Virus record (IMG/VR): IMGVR_UViG_3300035447_000008
Source of the DNA: an uncultured virus (IMG/VR IMGVR_UViG_3300035447_000008)
Taxonomy: Duplodnaviria > Heunggongvirae > Uroviricota > Caudoviricetes
Strand: one strand, 5' to 3'
Length of the DNA stretch: 64,000 bases
In this document: piece after piece, positions 40,188 through 49,397 of the stretch
Layout of the letters: the number at the start of each line of letters is the position of its first letter
Position numbering within the stretch: position 1 is the first letter of the stretch
The notes under the pieces: generated by a model
Seen by the model: the letters and a program-made list of their open reading frames with translations, nothing else
Told to the model about the DNA's origin: nothing
The model's database searches: none
Position numbers and translations under genes: made by a program

Positions 40188-40481
40188 TTATTTCAAACCT
40201 TTCAATCGTGGGGAAAATCCTTTCCGTGTGTTACTCCCGTAGCACGTCAAATCCCCACTTTCTGTTTTACTTTTAGTTTTCACATTCTTGATTGCTCGGA
40301 TTGTATACTTACCTTTCTCTTCTGTCCACTCATCACAAAGCTGCTGGGCTTTAGCCCTATCCTTACATTTCACAAAAATTGCTTCACCTGAAGCTGGACG
40401 AAAATAAAAGGCTGATGGGGCAACGAAGTCATCTTCTTCGAGAGATTCAAAAGGCACAACAATATACACTTCTTTGGTCAT
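40188..40481 (-). CDS. Hypothetical protein
   Basis: AAGGAG RBS. Confidence 0.75.
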   Translation of the reverse strand: MTKEVYIVVPFESLEEDDFVAPSAFYFRPASGEAIFVKCKDRAKAQQLCDEWTEEKGKYTIRAIKNVKTKSKTESGDLTCYGSNTRKGFSPRLKGLK

Positions 40482-40495
40482 ACTTCGACTCCTTA

Positions 40496-40789
40496 TTACA
40501 GAACAGTGTTGTCTTCAACAAAGCAAGTGAAGAGATTGTCATAGCCTGTAGATCTATCTACACGAATACAAACAGTCTTAAGACGATTCTCTGGTTGTTT
40601 CTTACATTTAATCTTCATGTAAAGGAATGGACAGATGTAGAAAGCTTCAAGAGCAACTTCTGATTTATATTGGAACACTCCCTTGGGCGTGTAATAAGCT
40701 TGTCCAACTACAGCCTCTTCTCGTTCTTTAAGACGATTGAATTTGTGAGGGCTTAGGTTGCAGATAAGCCCTTTCTTAATGCTTGTCAT
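40496..40789 (-). CDS. Hypothetical protein
   Basis: AGGAG RBS. Confidence 0.7.
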   Translation of the reverse strand: MTSIKKGLICNLSPHKFNRLKEREEAVVGQAYYTPKGVFQYKSEVALEAFYICPFLYMKIKCKKQPENRLKTVCIRVDRSTGYDNLFTCFVEDNTVL

Positions 40790-40804
40790 TTCATTTCTCC
40801 TATG

Positions 40805-41452
40805 CTAATCCCACCAGCTTTGTGATTTTCGAGCCAGCATCTTACCGATCAATTCTAAGTCATTCTTCTTATTGGATGCAATAATTTTATAAAAGCTTTT
40901 ACTTTTGTAAGCCGGGAGCGTGTTTGGTTTTTGTTCAAACCCATATCCTCCAAACAATCCGCGTTCGCTAGTCTTCTTAAACTCGATCTTGTCATCAGTG
41001 TAACTGTCTTCATTGACACGATGCAAGAGTTCAGCAAAAACTTTAAGCTCTTTTGCAGTTTCTTCCGAACGCATTAGATGACCATGTTCCTTATGACAAC
41101 GCGACATATCCCTTGCACAAGTTTCCATAAACTGAAACATTCCGTGATAATCCCAAGAACGATATCCCCACAAAGCCTTTCGGAACAGCCACAGGTTACA
41201 TAGAAACTTCCAGATGGTGGCTGTTTTAAAAGACCACCACAGGTCACTCGGAAAGAGGATGATATTCTGAAGTTTATCAAATCCTGTATCCGTTAGCCAA
41301 TGAATGATTGGTGCTTTCTTCTTGCTCTCTGCTTTATGTTCGTCCCAACCTTCCCAAGTAAGTGCTAGTGGATTGGTCAATCCGAAATGTTCACGAATTT
41401 TTAGTGACAGCTTGCTGCTGCTCCAATAGTTTGCTCTGGTAGGACGGATCAT
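40805..41452 (-). CDS. Conserved hypothetical phage protein (Trp-rich, ends WWD)
   Basis: Own TTGACA promoter near 41510 and AAGGAG RBS. Confidence 0.8.
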   Translation of the reverse strand: MIRPTRANYWSSSKLSLKIREHFGLTNPLALTWEGWDEHKAESKKKAPIIHWLTDTGFDKLQNIILFPSDLWWSFKTATIWKFLCNLWLFRKALWGYRSWDYHGMFQFMETCARDMSRCHKEHGHLMRSEETAKELKVFAELLHRVNEDSYTDDKIEFKKTSERGLFGGYGFEQKPNTLPAYKSKSFYKIIASNKKNDLELIGKMLARKSQSWWD

Positions 41453-41653
41453 GATTTAATCTCCTTGTTTGTGTTGATGGGGCTAGAATAAATCAGGCTA
41501 GCCCCTGTGTCAACGGTTTATTTTACAACCCATTCAAGGCGTGCTTCGGATGCTTCCTTTTGAGATTTCCAAGGACCACTCAGAATCTCTTTTCGATGGG
41601 CCACCAACCACTGCTCCTTGCCTCGCCGAATAACGGAATAGACACGAATTGCT

Positions 41654-42445
41654 TTACTCATCTACGCTTTTCTCCAGTTCAGTGAATTTCTCTCGAATCT
41701 CTTTAGCTTGGTCCAAAGCTTTTTCCAATTTCGGGGATGGTTTACGTTCAGCAGCTTTCCGTGCCTTGGCTTCCTTTTTAGCTTTCTCTGCTTCGTGAGC
41801 AGCAAGGGCTTTCTTGGCAGCTTCGAACATCATGTCTTCAATGGATGGTGGTGGTTCATATCCTTCCATTTCTTCCATAGCACGAGCTTCACGAGCATCA
41901 AACATTTTCTCCAAACGAGAATTAATTTGATCGTAGTCAAGCCAAATCTCAACACCGCGTTTAAGGTCTTCAAACTCCTGAGCGGAGAGGAAGTCTCGAT
42001 ACACATCTTCCATCACAGCTTCAGCATGTCGTCCAGTGAAGTCTACATGATCCCTCACTTGTTGGACGATTCCCGAGGAACCGAAGGCAGCGCTATGGCA
42101 CATCAGGGTTGAATACGGCTTAATGTGAATGGTTGGACAACTCAGAAGGATGAGGCTACCAGCACTGAATGCCTCTCCCTCCAATACACCAACCACCTCG
42201 GCACGACATTCCTCAATCAAGTTTTTGAAGATAATGGCAGAAGTAAGCACACCCCCCGGAGTTGAGATAATCAGCTCTACTGTTTCGCCTTCACCGGCCT
42301 GACGCAAAGTTTGGTAGGCATTGCGGTAGTAGCTTGGAGATTTAATCTCTTCATCCAAAAGAATATAGAAGGTTCCGTCTTGGTAAGTGACAGGACATTC
42401 GTTTTGTGGGAGAAGAAATCCCATATCATTGTCATTAAAATTCAT
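41654..42445 (-). CDS. ClpP-like serine protease with helical C-terminal tail
   Basis: ISTPGG, EAFSAGS (Ser nucleophile), LMCHS (His), EIWL. Confidence 0.85.
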   Translation of the reverse strand: MNFNDNDMGFLLPQNECPVTYQDGTFYILLDEEIKSPSYYRNAYQTLRQAGEGETVELIISTPGGVLTSAIIFKNLIEECRAEVVGVLEGEAFSAGSLILLSCPTIHIKPYSTLMCHSAAFGSSGIVQQVRDHVDFTGRHAEAVMEDVYRDFLSAQEFEDLKRGVEIWLDYDQINSRLEKMFDAREARAMEEMEGYEPPPSIEDMMFEAAKKALAAHEAEKAKKEAKARKAAERKPSPKLEKALDQAKEIREKFTELEKSVDE

Positions 42446-42456
42446 TTACTTTCTCC

Positions 42457-43584
42457 TCAGTCGGTAATTTCTACGGTGTAGTTCATAAGTGCAGCATAAG
42501 CTCTTTTGTCTATCTGATCTTTCCATTTTTCAGCCAATTTCTTTGCTTGACTTTCTTTATGCGCCTTGTAAGCCATAAAAGCGTCCTCTACATTATAAAA
42601 GCGCCCAAGACAGATATTCTTTCCGTCTTCCCTTGCTTGGCTACGGAAGTAAGGAGTCCCGTCATAATTGTAAGCTATGTCCACACCAAGAGGTAGATTA
42701 TTAAGACGTTTTCTTTTAATGAACGAATTGATTTCCCTTGGGAGATAGCTACATGCGTCGGGTCCGTACACCAGATTACCCTTAACTATTAGGTCCTTAT
42801 CTAATTGAAACCCCTTATTAAATCCAATCTGTTTTGTTGCCCACTCAGCAAAGTTTTGGAAATTATGCCACTCTTCACAAACACTCTTGTCGTGATAACT
42901 AACCATGTGTTTCGACGAAGAATAACACCGCTTCATCATGCTGTTCCAATTTTCATACTCCTCTGTATGCCTATCCCCTCCAGATTTAGCCACATAAGGC
43001 CCAACTCCATAATATCCAACACCAGCCACAGTTCTGTGGTATGGATATCTAAAATTTCCGCGTTTAAGAAATCCATATCCGACCTCAAAGACACGTCCTA
43101 GATCATCTTCCAATGTTGCTACACGACCATCTACTTTCAATAGGGTGAACTCATACCCCTCAAAATTACTAATCTTATCTCCCCAATAATAGCTCCCCAT
43201 CGGCGTACCGCATTCACCACAATTACGGATGCGATTATCCCTTAATCGACGACCATCCACAAAAATGATATTACCGCAATCACAAACACATTTCCATTCC
43301 GCACAATTGTAGCTTGTACGCCTAAACTCATTTGTCACGGTAAGTCTGTATACCTTCATACCAGAGATATCTTTAACTTTTAGCTCTTTCTTACATAGTC
43401 CGCAAGACTTCTGACCTCCGTGCCTAACATCTGACAGTGATTTGACAACAACTTCACCACAATCACACTCAACTTCAACCCATCTTTTCATTTTCCCATT
43501 GGGGTGGTATGTATGTTCAACCTCCTTAATAACGGTAAGCTTTCCAAATTTCTCCCCAATGGGAGCCGGTACTGAGACTCCCAT
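42457..43584 (-). CDS. HNH homing endonuclease (LDKD type)
   Basis: GEKFGKLTV..CDCG repeats; WNSMMKRCY, VCEEWHNFQNF, LDKDL..YGPDAC. Confidence 0.9.
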   Translation of the reverse strand: MGVSVPAPIGEKFGKLTVIKEVEHTYHPNGKMKRWVEVECDCGEVVVKSLSDVRHGGQKSCGLCKKELKVKDISGMKVYRLTVTNEFRRTSYNCAEWKCVCDCGNIIFVDGRRLRDNRIRNCGECGTPMGSYYWGDKISNFEGYEFTLLKVDGRVATLEDDLGRVFEVGYGFLKRGNFRYPYHRTVAGVGYYGVGPYVAKSGGDRHTEEYENWNSMMKRCYSSSKHMVSYHDKSVCEEWHNFQNFAEWATKQIGFNKGFQLDKDLIVKGNLVYGPDACSYLPREINSFIKRKRLNNLPLGVDIAYNYDGTPYFRSQAREDGKNICLGRFYNVEDAFMAYKAHKESQAKKLAEKWKDQIDKRAYAALMNYTVEITD

Positions 43585-43596
43585 ATATAAATCTCC

Positions 43597-44382
43597 TTAA
43601 TCGTTCTCGTAAGCCATAATAACGTCTCGCACAACATCGGCCCGTTGGATTGCCTCCATTGGGAACTTGTAATATCCGATACGTTCGTACTTCTTTTCCA
43701 TTTCCGGCGTGAAGAAACGCTTTAGTGCGTCTTTCAACGCAGCCCGACCGTGATTGTTATCTGTATATAGCTGACCACTAGAACCAAGAACAATACACCG
43801 AGTGCCGTGCCCAATACGCTCAAGTAGCAACTTTAGGATCAGAGGCTCCATGAGCTGACATTCGTCCAGAACATAGATGCAATCCGAATATGTCTTACCC
43901 AGTGCAAAGTTTGGGATGGTAAAGAAGATACGCTTTCCTTCGTCCGCCTCCATTTTGTTTTTACCGATGAAATCTACAAGCAGAGCCTTGGTAGATTCAA
44001 AGTGTGGACCGAGCTTATCGTCCATACCCGTGGTAGCTGCACCCGGCAGGAATCCAATTCGATCTTTACCAACCTCAGCAGGTGTTCGGACAAATACAAT
44101 TTTCTTATTTACATCTGCCAGATACTGCTGGCAAGCGTAGTAAAGCGCCACAGAGGTCTTGCCCACACCAGCAACTGAGTCCACAAACGTAATATCATGC
44201 TCTTGAATCACTTCCAGAGCTTCTTTCTGCCACTTACTTGGAGCGAAAGTTTTCATCCCAATACACTCCACATCAGAACGGGCAGATTGTTTTGGTGCCT
44301 TATCCGCACGAGTTTTCTTTCGCGGGATGGCAATGGTTTCTCCGTCGATGTCCATCATAATTGTACGTTCTCGTGCACCCAT
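43597..44382 (-). CDS. phoH: PhoH-like ATPase
   Basis: AGVGKT, IGFLPG, LGKT, LDECQ, LLERIG, GSSGQ, IQRADVV. Confidence 0.92.
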   Translation of the reverse strand: MGARERTIMMDIDGETIAIPRKKTRADKAPKQSARSDVECIGMKTFAPSKWQKEALEVIQEHDITFVDSVAGVGKTSVALYYACQQYLADVNKKIVFVRTPAEVGKDRIGFLPGAATTGMDDKLGPHFESTKALLVDFIGKNKMEADEGKRIFFTIPNFALGKTYSDCIYVLDECQLMEPLILKLLLERIGHGTRCIVLGSSGQLYTDNNHGRAALKDALKRFFTPEMEKKYERIGYYKFPMEAIQRADVVRDVIMAYEND

Positions 44383-44383
44383 C

Positions 44384-45419
44384 TCAATTCTCCTTCTTCA
44401 CTTTATTAAGAACCTCTTCAGCAGCTTTCAAACTCTCCTTTGCCTTACGAACAGCTTCCTCAGCAGCTATTTCTTTTTGTGATTTACCATCTATAAATTT
44501 TAGATAAACTTCTACCAGACGAATTGCATACGGATTTTCTGTAAAAATATAGTCAAGCGGGATACGCAAGTTCTCGTAGTGGTTTGTTGAAATTTCAGCA
44601 TATTTATCAGTTAGTGTAATTTTATTACCCCTCTCTAGAAAGTGTCTGAATACATAATTCATTACATTTCCTCCAAATGATCCCCAAACACAATATCGAA
44701 ACACTCCAAAGTACTCAACTCCCCAAGAAAGCACAGCTCAATATCACCACGAAGGCGAACAACGTCAGAATGCCGAATCCCCTCCATATAAGTAATATTC
44801 TCAATCTCTTTAAAATAAGAAACAAAGTTATTGTCAGTGAGCACAGGCTTGCCGTTAACTTTGTTACTGCGCACTACTGTCATTTTAAATCTCCTCCAAT
44901 TCTTCGTATGCTGTGTCGATTGCCGAAACCATCCCTTCCCACACACCTCTTGAAAAGCCCATCTCCATCATTGCATTTGCAGCGTCAACCGCCAGATCAA
45001 TGGCATACTGCTTATCGCACACTTTATACTCTTCTGCGGACATATACCATTCGCCATTTTGCTCAGAGTAAAAACCTAGACACCCCTCGTCATCCTCAGC
45101 AAGATGTCGTCGCTCTACAATTTCACCAATATCAAACTCATGTCCTGCAATAGATGCTACCACTTTAACCTTAACCCCTTCTTTCATTTTATTTCTCCAA
45201 AATCAAATGATATAAATTCCTATCTTTGAGAATTTTACTAAGCTTCATATTCTCTTCGATTAGCATTTTACGCTCTCCAATCGTAGTCTGCAACAAGTGC
45301 TCCAAGGTTTTTGTGTAGTTGCACATGTTTAGATCGTTGCGGAGCATTATTGATGCCACGGTTCCGTTTAAGCCTTCAGGGTCAAGCTGTTTGATGAAGT
45401 CAATTTGCAAAGTATTCAC
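44384..45419 (-). CDS. Four small hypothetical genes (about 44384-44662, 44662-44883, 44885-45187, 45189-45419)
   Basis: Packed ORFs with GGAG RBSs. Confidence 0.7.
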
Positions 45420-45433
45420 AATAACACCACTCC

Positions 45434-46132
45434 TCAGTAACTTGTTGGTTTTCCTTGATTAATGTCTGATACTAGCTCGTTTCGTTTAATATGAAGTATT
45501 TCTATTAATTTTAAATGATCCTTAATTTTGCCCTTCTCCATAACATCCTCTATAGTCTTCAATCGGTAAATCTGCCAAGCCCTGTGGGCTTCTAATTCAG
45601 AGTCAAACATTCCTAGATGTACTTTCTTGTTATTACTTACCCCATATGCCTGAAATCTCCCGGAGGCTCTAAGTTTGTGGACACCTAAAAACTTTTCTCC
45701 GCCATTATTTGTCCTTTTAAATAGTAAGTTTACATACGCGGGGACGAAGATACAAGTCTCTTTACTATAAATCTTATCTTTTGATAAGATATCCTTGTCT
45801 ATACACCAAAATTTGCCGTTTTCCTCTGTCTCCATATACCCATACTCATTGTTGCACCACTCGGCAAATTCTTGGAAGCAGTCAAACTTGGACAAAGAGC
45901 CTTTATAACAAGGGCTTTTATCTTGCAACTTAGACCCGCAACTGGTCCTTGACTTTATATCGTGCCATAATGTGTATGCCCTCGTTTTATATTGAAAGTA
46001 CCCTTCCTCGCACTCCTCGGTCCAAGTTGATGCCCATGTATTGTCTGCCAATCTAATATCTTTTCTAAGATAAACGGATTGTTGTACTTTAGCTTTTCTG
46101 TTCACTCTTCTCATCCCCTCTCTTAATTTCAT
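45434..46132 (-). CDS. HNH homing endonuclease (IDKD type, AP2-like C-terminus)
   Basis: FQEFAEWC, IDKDIL..YSKETCIFVP..N, HLGMFDSELEAHRAW. Confidence 0.88.
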   Translation of the reverse strand: MKLREGMRRVNRKAKVQQSVYLRKDIRLADNTWASTWTEECEEGYFQYKTRAYTLWHDIKSRTSCGSKLQDKSPCYKGSLSKFDCFQEFAEWCNNEYGYMETEENGKFWCIDKDILSKDKIYSKETCIFVPAYVNLLFKRTNNGGEKFLGVHKLRASGRFQAYGVSNNKKVHLGMFDSELEAHRAWQIYRLKTIEDVMEKGKIKDHLKLIEILHIKRNELVSDINQGKPTSY

Positions 46133-46234
46133 AAAGAAGCTTTATAAGCTCATCATCACGCCTTGTTCGTATTTCAATATGTCCATATAGCTTCAACACA
46201 GCTTCAACTATAATTGCAAGCTTTTCCTCTTGTG

Positions 46235-46444
46235 TCATTTACACTCCTCCAACCACTTCAAACTATCCGTTTCTTGTTCGTCAAGAATATGCTCCGTGAT
46301 ATTGGCTTCATATTTACCACCACGCCAAGCTTTTTCAGCTTTACCACACAACTCTGCATCCTCCAGTGTCGTAAAAACTCCCTGAACATAGTTGTGTGTC
46401 TCGGTATCACCCCAACGTTGCATAGTCACCACATAGACTTTCAT
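46235..46444 (-). CDS. Small hypothetical protein (VYVV..GVF family)
   Basis: RBS and ATGA overlap. Confidence 0.7.
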   Translation of the reverse strand: MKVYVVTMQRWGDTETHNYVQGVFTTLEDAELCGKAEKAWRGGKYEANITEHILDEQETDSLKWLEECK

Positions 46445-46788
46445 TTCTTCTCCTTAATATACTCTAGATAGAGGCCAAGCTCACACACCATATTCATATC
46501 GGGATTCATCGCTACAAGCTGTTTCAACGTCTTGACACCACAATCCTCCAAATATTCCTTGATGTCAACCCCAAAATGCTTAGCTGCTCGCTTCAAATAC
46601 TTAACTTCTGTGCTACTAATATAACTGGCAGGCATACGCAGGCCGTATTCTTTTGCTAATGAGCGGTGGTAACTCTCATCTGCATAATTCTGACGAAGAG
46701 ATTCACCAGCTTTCTTCTTTTCTTCACGCTTAGCTTTAGCTTTCTCAAGCATTAAAGCCCGTTCTTCTTTAGTGATGTTTTTAAGCAT
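46441..46788 (-). CDS. Hypothetical protein
   Basis: AAGGAG RBS. Confidence 0.75.
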   Translation of the reverse strand: MLKNITKEERALMLEKAKAKREEKKKAGESLRQNYADESYHRSLAKEYGLRMPASYISSTEVKYLKRAAKHFGVDIKEYLEDCGVKTLKQLVAMNPDMNMVCELGLYLEYIKEKK

Positions 46789-46892
46789 TCATTTGTCTCC
46801 TTTTCTATTTAGACGCACAACTTAGAGAATTAAGAGGGATCGTTGATTTAACCCTTCATTTTTCCTACTAAAGATGCCACGTTGAGGTCTAA

Positions 46893-47321
46893 TTATGCCA
46901 AATCTACAGACGTAATTGTATCAGCTACAGCAGGAACAATATCTTTTGTCTGTACATCCCCAGAAACAGGGTCTGTTACAGTGACACGGAAGAAGTCTGC
47001 ACCGCCGTAGCTGGTTCCGTAAGCACTACCATCAATTCGTTCAAGCACAGCAGAGTATTTATCAAAGACAGCCTTAAGTTCATTCAGAAAAGCTTGCATT
47101 GCAGTGATAGTTGGTTCCTCCGTTCCGTCTGTAATTGCTTGATTCACCCAACTGAGGACGGTATTCAGATCAAGAAGAATTGCATCAAGGGCAGCATCTA
47201 CTTCTGCTGGCACCACTACACCTTCAGCTTCTACCAAGCTAACTTTATCCGCCATATCAAGCAAGCCGGTACGCAGTGCTGTAGCATCAGCTTTAATTCC
47301 ATTCAGTGTTTCAATTGTCAT
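46893..47321 (-). CDS. Ala/Thr/Asp-rich hypothetical protein
   Basis: 142-aa ORF with composition unlike its neighbours. Confidence 0.75.
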   Translation of the reverse strand: MTIETLNGIKADATALRTGLLDMADKVSLVEAEGVVVPAEVDAALDAILLDLNTVLSWVNQAITDGTEEPTITAMQAFLNELKAVFDKYSAVLERIDGSAYGTSYGGADFFRVTVTDPVSGDVQTKDIVPAVADTITSVDLA

Positions 47322-48315
47322 TCTTCGTAGCCTCCGAGAAGAAGATATAGTTTGTTATAGTGAGGGTCTGTTTCCTTTACAAACCTGTTATTACGATAAT
47401 CAGTGTAGTTCCAATGGTTAGCTACGCCATATTTATTTAAGGTAGGGTCAAACTCTATGACAGAAGCGGTGCCTCCCTGATCACAGTAGCCTGTTCCTCG
47501 CTCATGGTAAACAATTTCTACAATTGCGTCTTGGTCTTGCGTTTTAAGCCATTCCGTAAATTCATAGACTGTCATTTTAATTCCTCCAATGTCTTTTCAA
47601 CAGGTGTTCCAACGATGTAGAGCCTCATTATGTCTGAGTATTCCTTCTGCGTCAAGGGTCGTTCAAGCTTGTCTTTTAGCTGCCTCAGATACCACTCCCA
47701 TCCGCCCTGTGTAAGATGTTCTTTCATTCTATCCCATTCCTTTCCAGAAGAATAGCAATTATCTCTTTCGTAAATTCACTGTCTGATTGGTGCCCAAACC
47801 ATTCACAAGCGTTTACAACGCCGAACTCACGAATCATATTCTCAAACACATCTGCACCACACTTCACTTCCACGGGTGGGATTGCTTTTGGTTTTCCGTA
47901 ATCTTTCATTTGCAAATCCCCTTAGCTACCTTAAAATGCTTCTTGAATACCTTCCCGCTAATCCACACCTTGTTATTAGCATCGTCTATCACGGCTACAC
48001 TCCTCATATATTTCTCAACAACTTGGTATGGCTTTCCTTTAGTGATATTCATTAGAAGATGTGAACTGGGAAACCCTTCCCCTGGTACACGGTGCATCAC
48101 AACAAACGTCTCTTCCATCTCCTCTCTTCTCCTTATTTACACGAGCTACATTGTTCAGTGTGAAGGACGTAGTAGTCTCCTGTAGATTCATCAACACCCA
48201 TCACACAGGTAGACTTTACACCATCTACATCATCCTCACCAACTACGATTCTGAGCACAGCTCCTTGCAGGTCTTTCCAGTCAAACTTATGAACATTTTC
48301 AAACCAATTTTTCAT
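47318..48315 (-). CDS. Small hypothetical genes (47318-47575, 47724-47915, 47906-48118, 48133-48315)
   Basis: Packed ORFs with RBSs. Confidence 0.7.
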
Positions 48316-48326
48316 TCCGTCTTCTC

Positions 48327-49151
48327 CTATTTAATTATTTGCTCAAGGCGGTGGGAAGTGCTTTCTTCAAGCATAGCACGAAAGACCGGGAGCTGTTTGT
48401 TCATTTGCTCATACATACCAGCATCCCTTAGATTATCCCTCACCACCTCAACAGATTTGATAGCACCATCCACCATCCCATCCACCTCATCCTTACATAC
48501 CACCCCACACCGAATATCGCTGATAATTTTCTGCATCTCTTCCTCATCTACCAACAATGCTTCAGCGAAGTTTCCAAATGTCTGATACTTAGACACGGAG
48601 TATGCAATACGGAGGATATGGATCAAATTCTTGTTATCGTAGCCATACTTGTCGAAAAAGTTCTTGGTCCATTCTGTACACTTATACAAACCAGACTTCT
48701 TCTGATTTTGCATGCCGAGACAGGCACTAACAAGGCTTGGCCAGATCATTGCAACAATCTCCTCACGCTTTGCTTCGAGGATAGGTATAACCGACGAAAA
48801 GGTTTGTAGCTTGTACTCAGTGAACAGAATTTCAAGGTTGTTGAAATTCCCCTTGAAGAAGAGTGCTTCAAAATCCTTGAATGGTTTTACAGAACACTTC
48901 TCTACCGTATCGCCACACGGAATATCAAGATCAAACGCAAGCTTCGTTCCACGAATCAACGACCTCACTGTTGGCACCAAAACGAGCTTACTGTCAACAT
49001 CGCTGGTCGCTGTGTGGACATTGTAGTTTTGACTGCCTTGCAGATAAACCCCTTCTACAATATAGTCACGGCTGTGGACAAGCCCCCGATCACGCATCTG
49101 CTCAATAGCAGAGCGTTGGTGTTGATCTAGCCGTTCAATAAATTTACTCAT
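48327..49151 (-). CDS. Pol-beta superfamily nucleotidyltransferase (RlaP/Nuc-transf-like)
   Basis: LQGSQNYN..TSDVD, KGN.N.LEILF, YDNKNLIHILR. Confidence 0.85.
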   Translation of the reverse strand: MSKFIERLDQHQRSAIEQMRDRGLVHSRDYIVEGVYLQGSQNYNVHTATSDVDSKLVLVPTVRSLIRGTKLAFDLDIPCGDTVEKCSVKPFKDFEALFFKGNFNNLEILFTEYKLQTFSSVIPILEAKREEIVAMIWPSLVSACLGMQNQKKSGLYKCTEWTKNFFDKYGYDNKNLIHILRIAYSVSKYQTFGNFAEALLVDEEEMQKIISDIRCGVVCKDEVDGMVDGAIKSVEVVRDNLRDAGMYEQMNKQLPVFRAMLEESTSHRLEQIIK

Positions 49152-49397
49152 TTGGTTTCCCCTCGTGTGTTGTTAACGTAAGGGAATGATAGCTTGCCTT
49201 GCTCCTGCACGTCAAGCAAATCTTTCAGAGAAAGCTAAGAAAATTTATTTGTTTTGTGTGTTGACAGGAGGGGAGGGGTGGGATTACTATTGGTGGACCA
49301 GAGCAAAGAATAGCTCTTAACATTTGAGAATGAAAACGCTCCAGCCTTAGTGCCACGGGGCTTAGAGGGGTATTATGGTTGACTATCTTGTAACGAG

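Noticed and set aside
49267..49282. G-rich tract as KOPS or G-quadruplex
   Set aside because: A single GGGNAGGG pointing away from the dif-like site within the window; it lies in a promoter spacer and has no independent support.
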